In this document: one piece after another, positions 19,598-29,557 of the stretch
Layout: each line of letters begins with the position of its first letter
Position numbering within the stretch: the first letter of the stretch is position 1
Assembly (NCBI GenBank): GCA_964383535.1
Contig: CAYLHS010000001.1
Coordinates: forward strand, 20,026 to 84,025
Reading direction: 5' to 3'
DNA: 64,000 bases
Source of the DNA: an uncultured Acidimicrobiia bacterium
GTDB taxonomy: Bacteria; Actinomycetota; Acidimicrobiia; Spongiisociales; UBA4744
Translations under genes and position numbers: made by a program
Notes under the pieces: model-generated
Databases searched by the model: none
What the model saw: the letters and a program-made list of their open reading frames with translations, nothing else
What the model was told of the DNA's origin: nothing

Positions 19598-21082
19598 ATG
19601 GCGGGTGGTGAGAATGTGGCGGACCGCCTCCAACTGATAGACGGATCATTCGAAGCCGGAGCCGCTTCTCCATTGCCTGTCGTCGATCCGGCGACAGGCA
19701 GAACGATCGACCAGGTTTCGACCGCCTCTCGCGACCAGGTCGACCGCGCGGTCACATCCGCGAGGCGGGCACAGGCGCTCTGGTGGAGCGCCACCCAGCA
19801 GGAACGAAGCGACGCGATGCACGCCGTCGCCGCCGAGATCAGAAGACGAACCGACGACATCGCCGACATCGTCACGAGGGAGACCGGACGCCCCTACTCG
19901 AGGAATCTCCTCTATGTGGACATGATCGCCAATCTCTTCAGACAGTACGGAGAGCTTGCGCGTGTCCACGGCGGACGGGTGGCCCCCTCCAACGACCCGG
20001 GGCAGCTCTCACTCGTCCTTCGGGTTCCCTACGGCGTCGTCGCAACCCTCGTTCCCTGGAACTACCCGCTGTTGCTGCTCGCATTCAAGGTCGCACCGGC
20101 CCTCGCAACCGGCAACACGGTCGTCATCAAGCCGGCGTCGGAGACGGTCCTGACGACGCTCGTTCTCGCCGAGGTGTTCCAAGCGACGACTCCTCCAGGT
20201 GTCGTCAATGTCGTCGCCGGCAGAGGGTCGACGGTCGGGGAGCAACTCGTGTCGCATCCTGGAACCGACATGGTGGCCTTCACCGGTTCCACCGAGGTGG
20301 GCGTCCGCATCGGAGAAGTGTGCGCCCGCATGACCAAGCCCGCTCACCTCGAACTCGGCGGGAAGGACCCGGCCATCGTGTTTGGAGACACGGACCCGGA
20401 GCTGGCCGCCAGAGCCGTCGTGTGGGCGGCGTTCCTGAACGCAGGTCAAGTGTGCACGTCCACCGAGCGTGTCTACGTCCACGACAGCCTCTACGACAGC
20501 TTCCTGGAGGCCGTCGTCGAGACCACCGCGGGGCTACGCGTGGGTGATCCGTTCGATTCGATGACCCAGATAGGTCCGATGCGCAACGAGTCCGCACGAA
20601 TGAAAGTGCTCGAGCAGCTGAAGGACGCGGAACAGGCCGGAGCGAAGATCGTGGTGGGAGGAGACGTCCCCAAGGGGTCGACCGGCTTCTACCTGCGCCC
20701 GACGGTCGTCGTCGACGTCACCCACGACATGTCGCTCATGCAGGAGGAGACGTTCGGACCCGTGCTTCCCATCATGCGCTTCAGAGAACCCGACGAAGCG
20801 TTCGCCCTTGCCGCCGACACACCGTACGGGCTCGGGGCGAGTATTTACACTCAGGATGCCGGTCTCGTGGGACGCGCCTACGAGCAACTCCAGGTCGGAA
20901 CGGTCTGGGTGAACGATCCAGTCGTCGACAATCTCGCCGCCCCGTTCGGAGGTATGCGAGCCTCAGGGAACGCCAGGGAGCTGGGCTTGGAGGGTATGGA
21001 GGCGTTTACCGCTGCCCGGCATGTTCACTGGAACCTCGATCTGCAAGCCAAGCCCTGGTGGTACGGAAAGGACAACTCATGA
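19598..21082 (+). CDS. aldehyde dehydrogenase
   Basis: LELGGKDP and GQVCTS motifs; divergent from the previous ALDH. Confidence 0.85.
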   Translation: MAGGENVADRLQLIDGSFEAGAASPLPVVDPATGRTIDQVSTASRDQVDRAVTSARRAQALWWSATQQERSDAMHAVAAEIRRRTDDIADIVTRETGRPYSRNLLYVDMIANLFRQYGELARVHGGRVAPSNDPGQLSLVLRVPYGVVATLVPWNYPLLLLAFKVAPALATGNTVVIKPASETVLTTLVLAEVFQATTPPGVVNVVAGRGSTVGEQLVSHPGTDMVAFTGSTEVGVRIGEVCARMTKPAHLELGGKDPAIVFGDTDPELAARAVVWAAFLNAGQVCTSTERVYVHDSLYDSFLEAVVETTAGLRVGDPFDSMTQIGPMRNESARMKVLEQLKDAEQAGAKIVVGGDVPKGSTGFYLRPTVVVDVTHDMSLMQEETFGPVLPIMRFREPDEAFALAADTPYGLGASIYTQDAGLVGRAYEQLQVGTVWVNDPVVDNLAAPFGGMRASGNARELGLEGMEAFTAARHVHWNLDLQAKPWWYGKDNS

Positions 21083-22386
21083 GTCTGCAAGGTGAGAAGA
21101 CCGCCGCCTGGTTCGCACGGGCACGTGCGAATCTCGTGAACGGTGTGTCGAGCGGCTTTCGCTACTGGGGTGAGGACGACTCGCTCGTCATCGACCATGG
21201 TGAGGGAGCCTACGTCGTCGACATGGACGGCCGGCGCTATGTCGACTACCAATGTGGATTCGGCCCGATCGTTCTGGGCCACGGGTATCCAGCTGTTGCC
21301 GCTGCCGTCGCCGACGCAGCAGCGTCCGGGACGACGTTCGCAATGACCTCGCGTCGGGAGGTCGAGGCGGCCGAGAAGTTCCGTGCCGCGGTGCCGTGGG
21401 TGGAGGCCCTCAGATTCACGAACACGGGAACGGAAGCAACGATGCACGCGGTTCGACTGGCCAGAGGTTTCACTGGTCGTGACCTCATCTTGAAGTTCGA
21501 GGGTCAGTACCACGGCGTCCACGACTATGTGATGTTCTCGACGGCGAGTGCACCGCCTTCGGCACTTGGATCCCGATACCGTCCGATTCCGGTCCAGAGT
21601 TCGTCCGGCATCCCGGACGCGATTCGCTCGACGATCAGGACGCTTCCGTTCAACGATCTGGAGGCGGTACAGAGGTTGTTCCGGGACATCGGTCACAGGA
21701 TCGCGGCGATCATCGTCGAGCCGATGCTCGGCAATGCATTCGGCATCATGCCCCAAGAGGGCTACCTGCAAGGGTTGAGAGACGTTTGCGACGAATACGG
21801 CTCGGTCCTGATCTTCGATGAAGTGAAAACCGGTTTCAGGGTGGCACTGGGAGGAGCCCAGGAACTCTTCGGAGTCACGCCCGACCTCGGGACGTATGCA
21901 AAAGCGATGGGCAACGGGTTCCCTGTCGCCGCGATCGCCGGTCGCGGAGAGGTGATCTGGGGATGGGCGAAGGGTGGTATTGCTCAGGCGGGCACGTACT
22001 CGGGCAACGGTGTTGCCGCTGCGGCCGCCGCGGCGACCATCGACGTTCTGTCGACGGGTGAACCATACGAACGGATGCACAAGTCCGGCACCGCACTCAT
22101 GCAAGGCCTGAAGACAATCTGTGCCGACAAGGGCGTACCGGCCCACATCGTCGGAGTGCCTGCCATGTTCTCGGTCTTCTTCGGGGATGAGTCCCCGAAG
22201 GACTTCAGGGATGCATCCAATCACGACGAGGACCTCTACGCGACGGTCGTGCGCGGCATGATCCAGCGGGGAGTGATGCCCGTCGACGACGCGAAGGAAC
22301 CATGGTTCCTGTGCGCCGCGCACGGAGACGAGGAAGTAGCCGTATCGCTGACCGCCTTCGAAGAGGCGCTCGGCGAGGCGATCTAA
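21079..22386 (+). CDS. class III aminotransferase (GSA-aminomutase-like fold)
   Basis: ATGA overlap with the upstream ALDH stop; DEVKTGFRV and PLP lysine in YAKAMGNGFP. Confidence 0.8.
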   Translation: MSLQGEKTAAWFARARANLVNGVSSGFRYWGEDDSLVIDHGEGAYVVDMDGRRYVDYQCGFGPIVLGHGYPAVAAAVADAAASGTTFAMTSRREVEAAEKFRAAVPWVEALRFTNTGTEATMHAVRLARGFTGRDLILKFEGQYHGVHDYVMFSTASAPPSALGSRYRPIPVQSSSGIPDAIRSTIRTLPFNDLEAVQRLFRDIGHRIAAIIVEPMLGNAFGIMPQEGYLQGLRDVCDEYGSVLIFDEVKTGFRVALGGAQELFGVTPDLGTYAKAMGNGFPVAAIAGRGEVIWGWAKGGIAQAGTYSGNGVAAAAAAATIDVLSTGEPYERMHKSGTALMQGLKTICADKGVPAHIVGVPAMFSVFFGDESPKDFRDASNHDEDLYATVVRGMIQRGVMPVDDAKEPWFLCAAHGDEEVAVSLTAFEEALGEAI

Positions 22387-22395
22387 GGAGACATC

Positions 22396-23550
22396 ATGCA
22401 CATTGCGCTTCTCGGCGCAGGCATCATCGGCCGTGTCGTCGCCGGCGATCTGGCGACCTGGAACACCCCCGATGAGGTGACCATCGGCGATCTGGACGGT
22501 GAACGGGCGTCTCTCGTTGCCAAGGAACTCGGGTTCGACCATATGCCCGTCGACGTCGCGGACGAACCGTCACTCGACGCCTTCCTCGAGGGAACGGACG
22601 TCGTCATCAACGCCGCCCAATACGGAGTCAACCTCGCGGTGATGGAGGGAGCCCTCCGTGCGGGCGCCCACTATCTCGACCTTGGCGGGCTCTTCCACAC
22701 GACCCGCAAGCAGTTGCTGCTGGACAACCGGTTTCGCGAAGCCGGCCTGACGGCGGTGCTCGGTATCGGATCGTGCCCAGGGATAGCGAACGTGCACGCC
22801 GGTGACCTGGCGACGCGGATGGACACCGTCCGGTCGGTGAAGATCTACAACGGCGCGACCGTCGATCCGTCGGACACGCTCAAATGGCCGTACTCGCTGT
22901 GGACGATTTTCGACGAGATAACCGAGCGGCCGATGGTGTTCCGAGAAGGCGCGTTCGTCGACGTGGAACCCCTGTCCGAAGAGGAGATGTTCCCGTTCAG
23001 GGAACCGATCGGAAATGCCAAGACTCACCTGTCGCTGCACTCGGAGGTGGCCACCATCCCGGTGAGCCTCGCCGGCAAGGGCATCGAGGCATGCGAGTTC
23101 AAGATCCGGTTCTTCGGTTTCAGTGAAGGAGCTCTCCGCAAACTGCAGTTCCTCGCCTCACTCGGGCTCGCATCGAAAGAACCACGCCCGGACGGGACGG
23201 TCCCTCGCAAGCTGCTCGTCGACCTGCTCGAAGAACTGCGACCTGAGCCTCCCAAACACCCCGGATTCAAGGACATCGCGACGGTCGCCGAGGGCACCCG
23301 AGACGGAGCACCGATCACGCTGCGCATCGACTCGACGGCATGGCCGTCGAAGGAACTGGGTGTGGCCGGAGGAACGATGGTGGTGGCGTCACCGGCGGCC
23401 ATCGTCGGAAGATGGCTCGCGAGTGGCGAACTCTCACACCCAGGCGTCCATCCACCGGAGACGTCGATACCACCGCAGCCGTTCTACGAAGCGCTCGCAG
23501 TGCGGGGAGTGGCGACGACACTCCAGGAGACGACGACACTGGCCGGCTAG
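22396..23550 (+). CDS. saccharopine-dehydrogenase-like NAD(P)-binding oxidoreductase
   Basis: N-terminal Rossmann MHIALLGAGIIGRVVAGDL followed by a domain typical of saccharopine/carboxynorspermidine dehydrogenase-family proteins. Confidence 0.6.
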   Translation: MHIALLGAGIIGRVVAGDLATWNTPDEVTIGDLDGERASLVAKELGFDHMPVDVADEPSLDAFLEGTDVVINAAQYGVNLAVMEGALRAGAHYLDLGGLFHTTRKQLLLDNRFREAGLTAVLGIGSCPGIANVHAGDLATRMDTVRSVKIYNGATVDPSDTLKWPYSLWTIFDEITERPMVFREGAFVDVEPLSEEEMFPFREPIGNAKTHLSLHSEVATIPVSLAGKGIEACEFKIRFFGFSEGALRKLQFLASLGLASKEPRPDGTVPRKLLVDLLEELRPEPPKHPGFKDIATVAEGTRDGAPITLRIDSTAWPSKELGVAGGTMVVASPAAIVGRWLASGELSHPGVHPPETSIPPQPFYEALAVRGVATTLQETTTLAG

Positions 23551-23651
23551 AGGCTCGCTGTTTCTTCCTCCAGGAGCGGAGCGACGTTGGGAGAGTTGGT
23601 CGAGGCGTAGCCGAGGAGCGCGGGGGCGGCTCCCATCAACGCCGGGTACGC

Positions 23652-24911
23652 CTAGGGCCCGAGCTTGGCTGTCGGTTGCGCTGCTGCCTCGCCCTCGATC
23701 GCGCCGATCCGCTCGAGGCCCCGGTACGCGAGGGCCGCCGCGAGCAGAGTCGCAACTCCACCGAGCCCGAGTCCATAGCGCGGCCCAATGTGCTCACCGA
23801 TCCACCCAACGATCGGACCGCCGATGGGAGTCGAACCCAGGAACGCGACGGCCCACAGTCCCATGACCCTTCCTCGCATTTCCGACGTGGACCGGAGTTG
23901 AAGGGTCGCGTTGCCCAGCGCAAGGAAACTGATACTCGCCGCGCCGACCACCGCCATCGCCGCGTACTCGATCGCCAAGGTAGGAGCGAATGACGCCAAC
24001 ACCTGGGTCGCGCCGAAGAGGGCGCCTGTTCTGGCCAACGCGACCGCCGGCCGCGCTTTTCTCGATGCCGTGAACAGACCACCGGCCACGGCGCCCCCAC
24101 CCATGAAGGCGGTCATCGATGCGAAGGTACCTGCGTCACCGCCGAACGTGAACTTGGCGACGAGGGGGAGGATGACCTGAAACTCGTAGGCAAGCATCCC
24201 CACGACCGCCATCATGAGCAGCGGCGTTCGCAGCGCCGGTGTCGACCAGACGTACCTGAGCCCCTCACGCAGCTGTCCGGCCTTTCTGCTCTGGGGTGGC
24301 ACGGAGTGGAGTTCGTCATGGTGCATCAGCACCAGGGCCGCGAGAACGGCCAGATAGGTGCTCGCGTTCACGAGGAAACAGGGGCCGAGTCCGACGGTCA
24401 CGATGAGCACACCGGCCGCAGCGGGGCCGAGGACGCGAGCAAGGTTCACGAGTACCGAGTTGAGGCTGACGGCACTTGTGAGCTTCCCACGTCCGACCAT
24501 CTCCAATACGAACGTCTGACGCGTCGGGTTGTCGATGCTTGCGACGAGCCCCAGAGCGCCGGCAAGCGCGTATACCATCCAGAGCTGCACGATGTGTGTG
24601 ATCACGAGAATGCCGAGGATTGCTGCGAGGACAGCTGCGAGGCCCTGGGTGACAAACAGGAGACGCCTCTTGTCGAATCTGTCGGCGATGACTCCGCCCA
24701 GCGGAGCAAGGAAGAGCAGCGGGAGAAACTGAACCGCAGTGACAAGGCCGATCGCCGTCCCGCTTCCGGTCAGCTCGAGCACCAGCCACGACTGCGCGAT
24801 GCGTTGCATCCACGTACCGGAGACCGAAAGCGTCTGGCCGATGAAGTAGAGACGGAAGTTGCGGACGGCCAGGGGAGAGAACGCCCGGGACGCCCATGCC
24901 GGTGCGGTCAT
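23652..24911 (-). CDS. MFS transporter
   Basis: Twelve predicted TM helices; MFS-like loop motifs. Confidence 0.8.
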   Translation of the reverse strand: MTAPAWASRAFSPLAVRNFRLYFIGQTLSVSGTWMQRIAQSWLVLELTGSGTAIGLVTAVQFLPLLFLAPLGGVIADRFDKRRLLFVTQGLAAVLAAILGILVITHIVQLWMVYALAGALGLVASIDNPTRQTFVLEMVGRGKLTSAVSLNSVLVNLARVLGPAAAGVLIVTVGLGPCFLVNASTYLAVLAALVLMHHDELHSVPPQSRKAGQLREGLRYVWSTPALRTPLLMMAVVGMLAYEFQVILPLVAKFTFGGDAGTFASMTAFMGGGAVAGGLFTASRKARPAVALARTGALFGATQVLASFAPTLAIEYAAMAVVGAASISFLALGNATLQLRSTSEMRGRVMGLWAVAFLGSTPIGGPIVGWIGEHIGPRYGLGLGGVATLLAAALAYRGLERIGAIEGEAAAQPTAKLGP

Positions 24912-25330
24912 GCGTCCTCGGTGATTCTCTCGAGAAGATCGATCGCTTGGGTGAGGGTCAGAATCTCATCGTCGGCCAGCGTTGACAGGCGTGTCGTGAG
25001 AAAGGCCGTGCGCTTCGCCCTGATCGCTGCGAGGAGATCGAGCGCCCGTTGGGTGATCGAAACCACGGTTGAACGAGCATCGTGCGGATTCGCGTGGCGT
25101 GTGACGAGTCTGCGCTCTTCGAGCCGGCCGACGATGCCGGTCATCGACGGGGGAGAGACGCGCTCGATCGCGGCGAGGTCGGTCATGCGGAGCGGACCTT
25201 CCCGATCGAGGGTCGCGAGGGCCGAACGCTGTGAGGGTGTCAGGTCTCCCAGCGATTCCTGGCGGAGACGTCGAGCAAGTCTGCCGACGGAGAGTCGGAG
25301 TGCGACCGCCGTTTGCTGTCGATCGGGCAT
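24908..25330 (-). CDS. MarR-family transcriptional regulator
   Basis: 140 aa with a winged-HTH core (LTPSQRSALATLDREGPLRMTDLA); ATGA-type overlap with the downstream MFS gene. Confidence 0.8.
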   Translation of the reverse strand: MPDRQQTAVALRLSVGRLARRLRQESLGDLTPSQRSALATLDREGPLRMTDLAAIERVSPPSMTGIVGRLEERRLVTRHANPHDARSTVVSITQRALDLLAAIRAKRTAFLTTRLSTLADDEILTLTQAIDLLERITEDA

Positions 25331-25351
25331 GGGCTTCTCCGGAAGGTGTTG

Positions 25352-25364
25352 TTAGCCATGCTAA
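25352..25364. promoter_or_regulatory. inverted repeat TTAGC-cat-GCTAA just upstream of the marR start (candidate MarR operator)
   Basis: 5-bp arms with a 3-nt spacer, 22 bp upstream of the marR start codon in the marR/korA divergent region. Confidence 0.3.
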
Positions 25365-25422
25365 TGAACCCGGGGGAGAGGGCGAATTGAACCTGCTCTT
25401 TCCGGCACTACGCTTCCAGGTG

Positions 25423-26523
25423 ATGACGGCCTACGAGTTCACGGACGGGGCAACAGCGATCGTTCGTGGTGCCCTGGACGCAGGGTGCGACTTCTTCGCC
25501 GGATACCCGATCACCCCAGCGTCGCAGATCCTCATGATGATGATGGCGGAACTGCCAAAGGCGGGTGGTATCGCGATGCAGGGAGAAGACGAGATCGCCT
25601 CGATCGGGATGTGCATCGGGGCCACGATGACGGGTGCCCGGTCGATGACCGCAACATCCGGCCCGGGCATCAGCCTCTATTCGGAGAACATCGGCATGGC
25701 CATCATGGGTGAGGTGCCGCTCGTCATTGTCGATGTGCAGCGCCTTGGCCCGAGTACCGGTGGGGCGACGACCGCGGCCCAGGGTGACGTCCAGTTCGTT
25801 CGGTGGGGAACCGCGGGCGGCTACCCGATCATCGCGCTCGCCCCTTCGACAATCGCCGAGTGCTACACGTTGACGATGAGAGCATTCGACCTGTCGGAGC
25901 GATTCCGATGTCCGGTCTTCGTGCTGACCGACAAGGAACTCAACCTGACCCGCAACACGGTTGCCTCGGAGGACTACGTCAGAGTGCCCGTCCGGGAAAG
26001 ACAGGTCACCCAAGAAGGGGCTCCGTATCGGTTCGGGGGGAACGCGACCCCGATGGAGCTGTATGGAACCGAGGTCGTCCGGTTCACCGGATCCACCCAC
26101 GACGAAGAGGCCTTCATCACCAAGGACCCTGCCGTCGTAGGGCGGCTGAACGAGCACCTTCGAGACAAGATTCTGTCGCATCGCAACGAGATCGAGTTGC
26201 TCGACATCGACCGAGATCCACGAGCGACAACGGTGTTCGTCTCGTATGGAATCACCGCCGGCGCCATGCGAGAGGCGGTCTCCCTGGCGAGAGCGAGAGG
26301 CTCGCACGTTTCCTCGGTCACCGTGCAGAGCCTCTGGCCGTTCCCCGAGAAGGGCCTGCTCGATGCCTTCGAGGGCATCGAGCGTGTGGTAGTCGCCGAA
26401 CTCAATCCCGGACTCTATGTGCGGGAGATCGAGCGTATCGCGGGGAGTCGACAGGTCATGGGCCTCCAGCGGATCGACGGTGAATTGATCTCCCCTGTGC
26501 AGTTCCTGGAGTTTCTGCCGTGA
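25423..26523 (+). CDS. 2-oxoacid:ferredoxin oxidoreductase alpha subunit (KorA/PorA-like)
   Basis: MTAYEFTDGATAIVRGALDAGCDFFAGYPITPAS... matches the alpha-subunit N-terminus; an alternative TTG start at 25387 follows a GGGGGAGAGGG ribosome-binding site. Confidence 0.75.
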   Translation: MTAYEFTDGATAIVRGALDAGCDFFAGYPITPASQILMMMMAELPKAGGIAMQGEDEIASIGMCIGATMTGARSMTATSGPGISLYSENIGMAIMGEVPLVIVDVQRLGPSTGGATTAAQGDVQFVRWGTAGGYPIIALAPSTIAECYTLTMRAFDLSERFRCPVFVLTDKELNLTRNTVASEDYVRVPVRERQVTQEGAPYRFGGNATPMELYGTEVVRFTGSTHDEEAFITKDPAVVGRLNEHLRDKILSHRNEIELLDIDRDPRATTVFVSYGITAGAMREAVSLARARGSHVSSVTVQSLWPFPEKGLLDAFEGIERVVVAELNPGLYVREIERIAGSRQVMGLQRIDGELISPVQFLEFLP

Positions 26524-27830
26524 CCGTCGAGACCTACCGCAACGAGAGCGCATATCCCTTCTGCCCCGGGTGTGGGCACGGGTCGATCCTCGACGCGCTC
26601 GACGAAGCACTGGTCAGCCAGCAGATCGACCCGGCCAAGCTCGTGATCGTCAGCGACATCGGGTGCTCCGGCTTGTCGGACCAGTACTTCGGGACGAGCG
26701 CATTCCATGGGTTGCATGGCCGCAGTCTCACCTACGCGACGGGCATCAAGCTGGCACGACCGGACTTGCACGTCGTGGTCATCATGGGCGATGGTGGGAC
26801 CGGGATCGGCGGCGCGCATCTGCTGAACGCGGCCCGCCGCAACATCGGGCTCACGCTGCTCATATTCAACAACATGAACTACGGCATGACCGGGGGGCAG
26901 CACTCGACCACGACGCCGGCCGGGGCGATCACTTCGACCACCCCCGCCGGCAACCTGGAACACCCCCTGGACATCTGCTCCACCGTCGGCGTGAACGGAG
27001 CTGCGTATGTGTACCGTGGCACCAACTTCGACAAGGACCTACCCGAGCGGATCGTCGAGGGAATGCAGACACCCGGCTTCGCTCTGCTGGACATCTGGGA
27101 CCTGTGCACCGCGTACTTCGTGCCGAACAACACCTTTGGGAAGCGATCGCTCATCGCCGCGCAAGAAGAGCTCGGCCTTGCCTCGGGCGTCTTGTACCGG
27201 CGCGAGGTCGACGAGTACGCGTCTGCGTATCGGGCCGCGGCGGAGCGACTCAGAGGTTCCACGCCGCTGAGGGTCCGAACCCTGGTTCCGGAGTCGACGT
27301 CCCCGCTGGATCGGGCCGTGAACATCATGGTGGCCGGTTCGGCCGGAGGAAAGGTGAGGTCCGCTGCTCGGATGATCGCTGAGGCAGCCATCAGATCCGA
27401 CCTGTACGCAGCGCAGCGCGACGACTATCCGATCACCGTGAAGACGGGTCACTCGGTTTCCCAGATCGTCCTGAGCCCCCGCGCCATCGACTTTCTCGGA
27501 ATGGACAGGCCCGACGTGATCGTCGTCCTCAGCGAGGAAGGCCGACGCAAGGCATCTCGGTACTTGCCGGAGATGAAGGGGCCGGTGTTCGTCGTGCCCG
27601 AGTTCGCCGACCTGAACACGAGCGGGACGGTCAGCGTGTTCGACCCGAGGTCGGCGCCCGAGCGCGTCGGGAAGTCGGAACTCGCGCTCGCCATGCTGTC
27701 AGGCGCAGTTGTCCACGAGGGACTGCTCGACGCGGATGTACTCCGGAAGGCGGTCAGTGCGTACCCGGCGTTCGCTGAGAAGAACCTCGCCGCGATCGAG
27801 GCAGGACTCTCGATGGCGGGAGTGAACTAG
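26520..27830 (+). CDS. 2-oxoacid:ferredoxin oxidoreductase beta subunit (TPP-binding) with a C-terminal gamma-like extension
   Basis: GTGA overlap with the korA stop; CPGCGHG and the TPP motif GDGGTGIGGAHLLNAARRNIGLTLLIFNNMNYGMTGGQ. About 150 extra C-terminal residues (MVAGSAGGKV...) resemble the gamma subunit. Confidence 0.75.
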   Translation: MTVETYRNESAYPFCPGCGHGSILDALDEALVSQQIDPAKLVIVSDIGCSGLSDQYFGTSAFHGLHGRSLTYATGIKLARPDLHVVVIMGDGGTGIGGAHLLNAARRNIGLTLLIFNNMNYGMTGGQHSTTTPAGAITSTTPAGNLEHPLDICSTVGVNGAAYVYRGTNFDKDLPERIVEGMQTPGFALLDIWDLCTAYFVPNNTFGKRSLIAAQEELGLASGVLYRREVDEYASAYRAAAERLRGSTPLRVRTLVPESTSPLDRAVNIMVAGSAGGKVRSAARMIAEAAIRSDLYAAQRDDYPITVKTGHSVSQIVLSPRAIDFLGMDRPDVIVVLSEEGRRKASRYLPEMKGPVFVVPEFADLNTSGTVSVFDPRSAPERVGKSELALAMLSGAVVHEGLLDADVLRKAVSAYPAFAEKNLAAIEAGLSMAGVN

Positions 27831-27928
27831 GACTCGCGGGACGACTCCTGGCCCGTATCTCGTATCGTGCACCTCGTACCCGTCGGCAGGGCGCAAGAAC
27901 GCCTTCGGCCTCCGTCAGGACGGGGCTG

Positions 27929-29557
27929 TCAGGTTGGGAGCCTGGATTCAACCGTCGCGGTGATCTCGGCGGCCAGTGTGCGACACGTGTCGAGGGCAGC
28001 GGCGCGCCGCTGCTCCAAATCGTCGTGCCCTTCCAGAGACGACATGTTGATGCGTACGTTCAAAGAGGCCCCTTCGGCAGCTGCGAGAGCGCACAGACCG
28101 GCGACGCCGGCGTCCGTCACGGCGCTCTGGCTGCCACCGGAGGCCACACTCCGAGCGATGGTGAGAAGCTCTACGCAGGACTCGATCACCTCCAGCGGCA
28201 CGATCGTTGCACCGACCGTCGCGTCTGCGATGGCGGCGGGTCGATCCGGGTCGGCGCGGGAGATCCGGAACGCCGCCATCAGCGCGTTGAACGACTCGGT
28301 GTCCCGATCGACAGCCTGGAGAAGCCGATCCTTCAGCTCCTGGGCTTTGCACCCGGCGGCCTCCATCTCGGGAGTATGGCTCTTGCCGTAGGTGAGGGCT
28401 GCAACCATGGACGACAGCGACGCCGAAAGCGCTGCCACGAGCGCCGCGGTGCTTCCCCCGCCGGGAGTGGGGGTGCCCGCCGATAGGGAGTCGGCGAAGT
28501 CGAGGACCGGCATGGTGACGAGTCCCGACGGGGCCCCTCGGTACCGGTACTCGATGACCTTCTGGGCGGGGTCGAATGGGGCAACGTCGCTCAGGCCCAG
28601 GCTCATCGCGGCGATGTGCATGCGTTCCGGCTCGGGAACGCCGGTAGTCGCGCCACGGGCCCGGAGATAGTGATCCGCCGCTTCGAGCAGCGAGTCTCGT
28701 GGCACCAGCCCGACGATCTCGCTTCCAGTGACTCGTAGACCGAGACGCGCAGCCTCCTCGCAGGCCGCGTCGAACACGGCATGAAGCGGTGTCACGGACA
28801 GGTTGGTGAGGTTGAAGGAAACCTGGGCTCGGCCGTACTCCTCGATGTACCAGCCGACGCCGCGAAGCTCCGTGAATCTTCCCGGCACCCGAACGGCGGT
28901 GCCTGTCGCGTCCCGAACGGTCTTGCCGTGTTCGTCCTTCTTGACTCTGCCGCTCTCACGGAGTGCCGCGGCGATCTGGTTGGCGACCGAACGGTCCCGG
29001 GTATTCAGGTTCACGTTGTAGGCGATGAGGAAGTTGCGTGCGCCAACAGCCGTTGCACCCGACCGGGCATTGAACTCCCTGGGTCCGAAGTCCGGTGCAT
29101 CGTGCCGTTCGGGGAGGCCCTCATACTCACCTCGCCGCACATCCGCGAGAGAGCGCCGCTGGGGGATGGTTGCCGCCTCGCCGTAGAGGAACACGGGGAT
29201 GGCCAGTTCATCGCCGACCCTTGCTGCGACTCTTCGAGCCAGGTCGATGCAGTCCTGCATCGATGTCCCCTCGAGTGGTACGAACGGGCAGACGTCGGTC
29301 GCGCCCATTCGCGGATGTTCCCCGTGGTGAAAGCGCATGTCGATCAGGTCGGCAGCGTGTGCGATCGCCCGAAACGCCGCCTCTTCCACGGCAGGAATCT
29401 CACCGGCGAACGTCAGAACAGTGCGGTTCGTGTCGGATCCCGGATCGACGTCCAGCAACGCGACGCCGGCTACGTCGGAGATCGCGGCGGCGATCGCGTC
29501 GATCACGGCACGGTCACGGCCCTCACTGAAGTTGGGTACACACTCGACGAGCTTCAT
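27929..29557 (-). CDS. bifunctional glutamate formimidoyltransferase / formiminotetrahydrofolate cyclodeaminase
   Basis: Start reset to MKLVECVPNFSEGRD (classic formiminotransferase N-terminus), preceded by a GGAGGTG ribosome-binding site; the C-terminal ~200 aa are cyclodeaminase-like. Confidence 0.75.
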   Translation of the reverse strand: MKLVECVPNFSEGRDRAVIDAIAAAISDVAGVALLDVDPGSDTNRTVLTFAGEIPAVEEAAFRAIAHAADLIDMRFHHGEHPRMGATDVCPFVPLEGTSMQDCIDLARRVAARVGDELAIPVFLYGEAATIPQRRSLADVRRGEYEGLPERHDAPDFGPREFNARSGATAVGARNFLIAYNVNLNTRDRSVANQIAAALRESGRVKKDEHGKTVRDATGTAVRVPGRFTELRGVGWYIEEYGRAQVSFNLTNLSVTPLHAVFDAACEEAARLGLRVTGSEIVGLVPRDSLLEAADHYLRARGATTGVPEPERMHIAAMSLGLSDVAPFDPAQKVIEYRYRGAPSGLVTMPVLDFADSLSAGTPTPGGGSTAALVAALSASLSSMVAALTYGKSHTPEMEAAGCKAQELKDRLLQAVDRDTESFNALMAAFRISRADPDRPAAIADATVGATIVPLEVIESCVELLTIARSVASGGSQSAVTDAGVAGLCALAAAEGASLNVRINMSSLEGHDDLEQRRAAALDTCRTLAAEITATVESRLPT

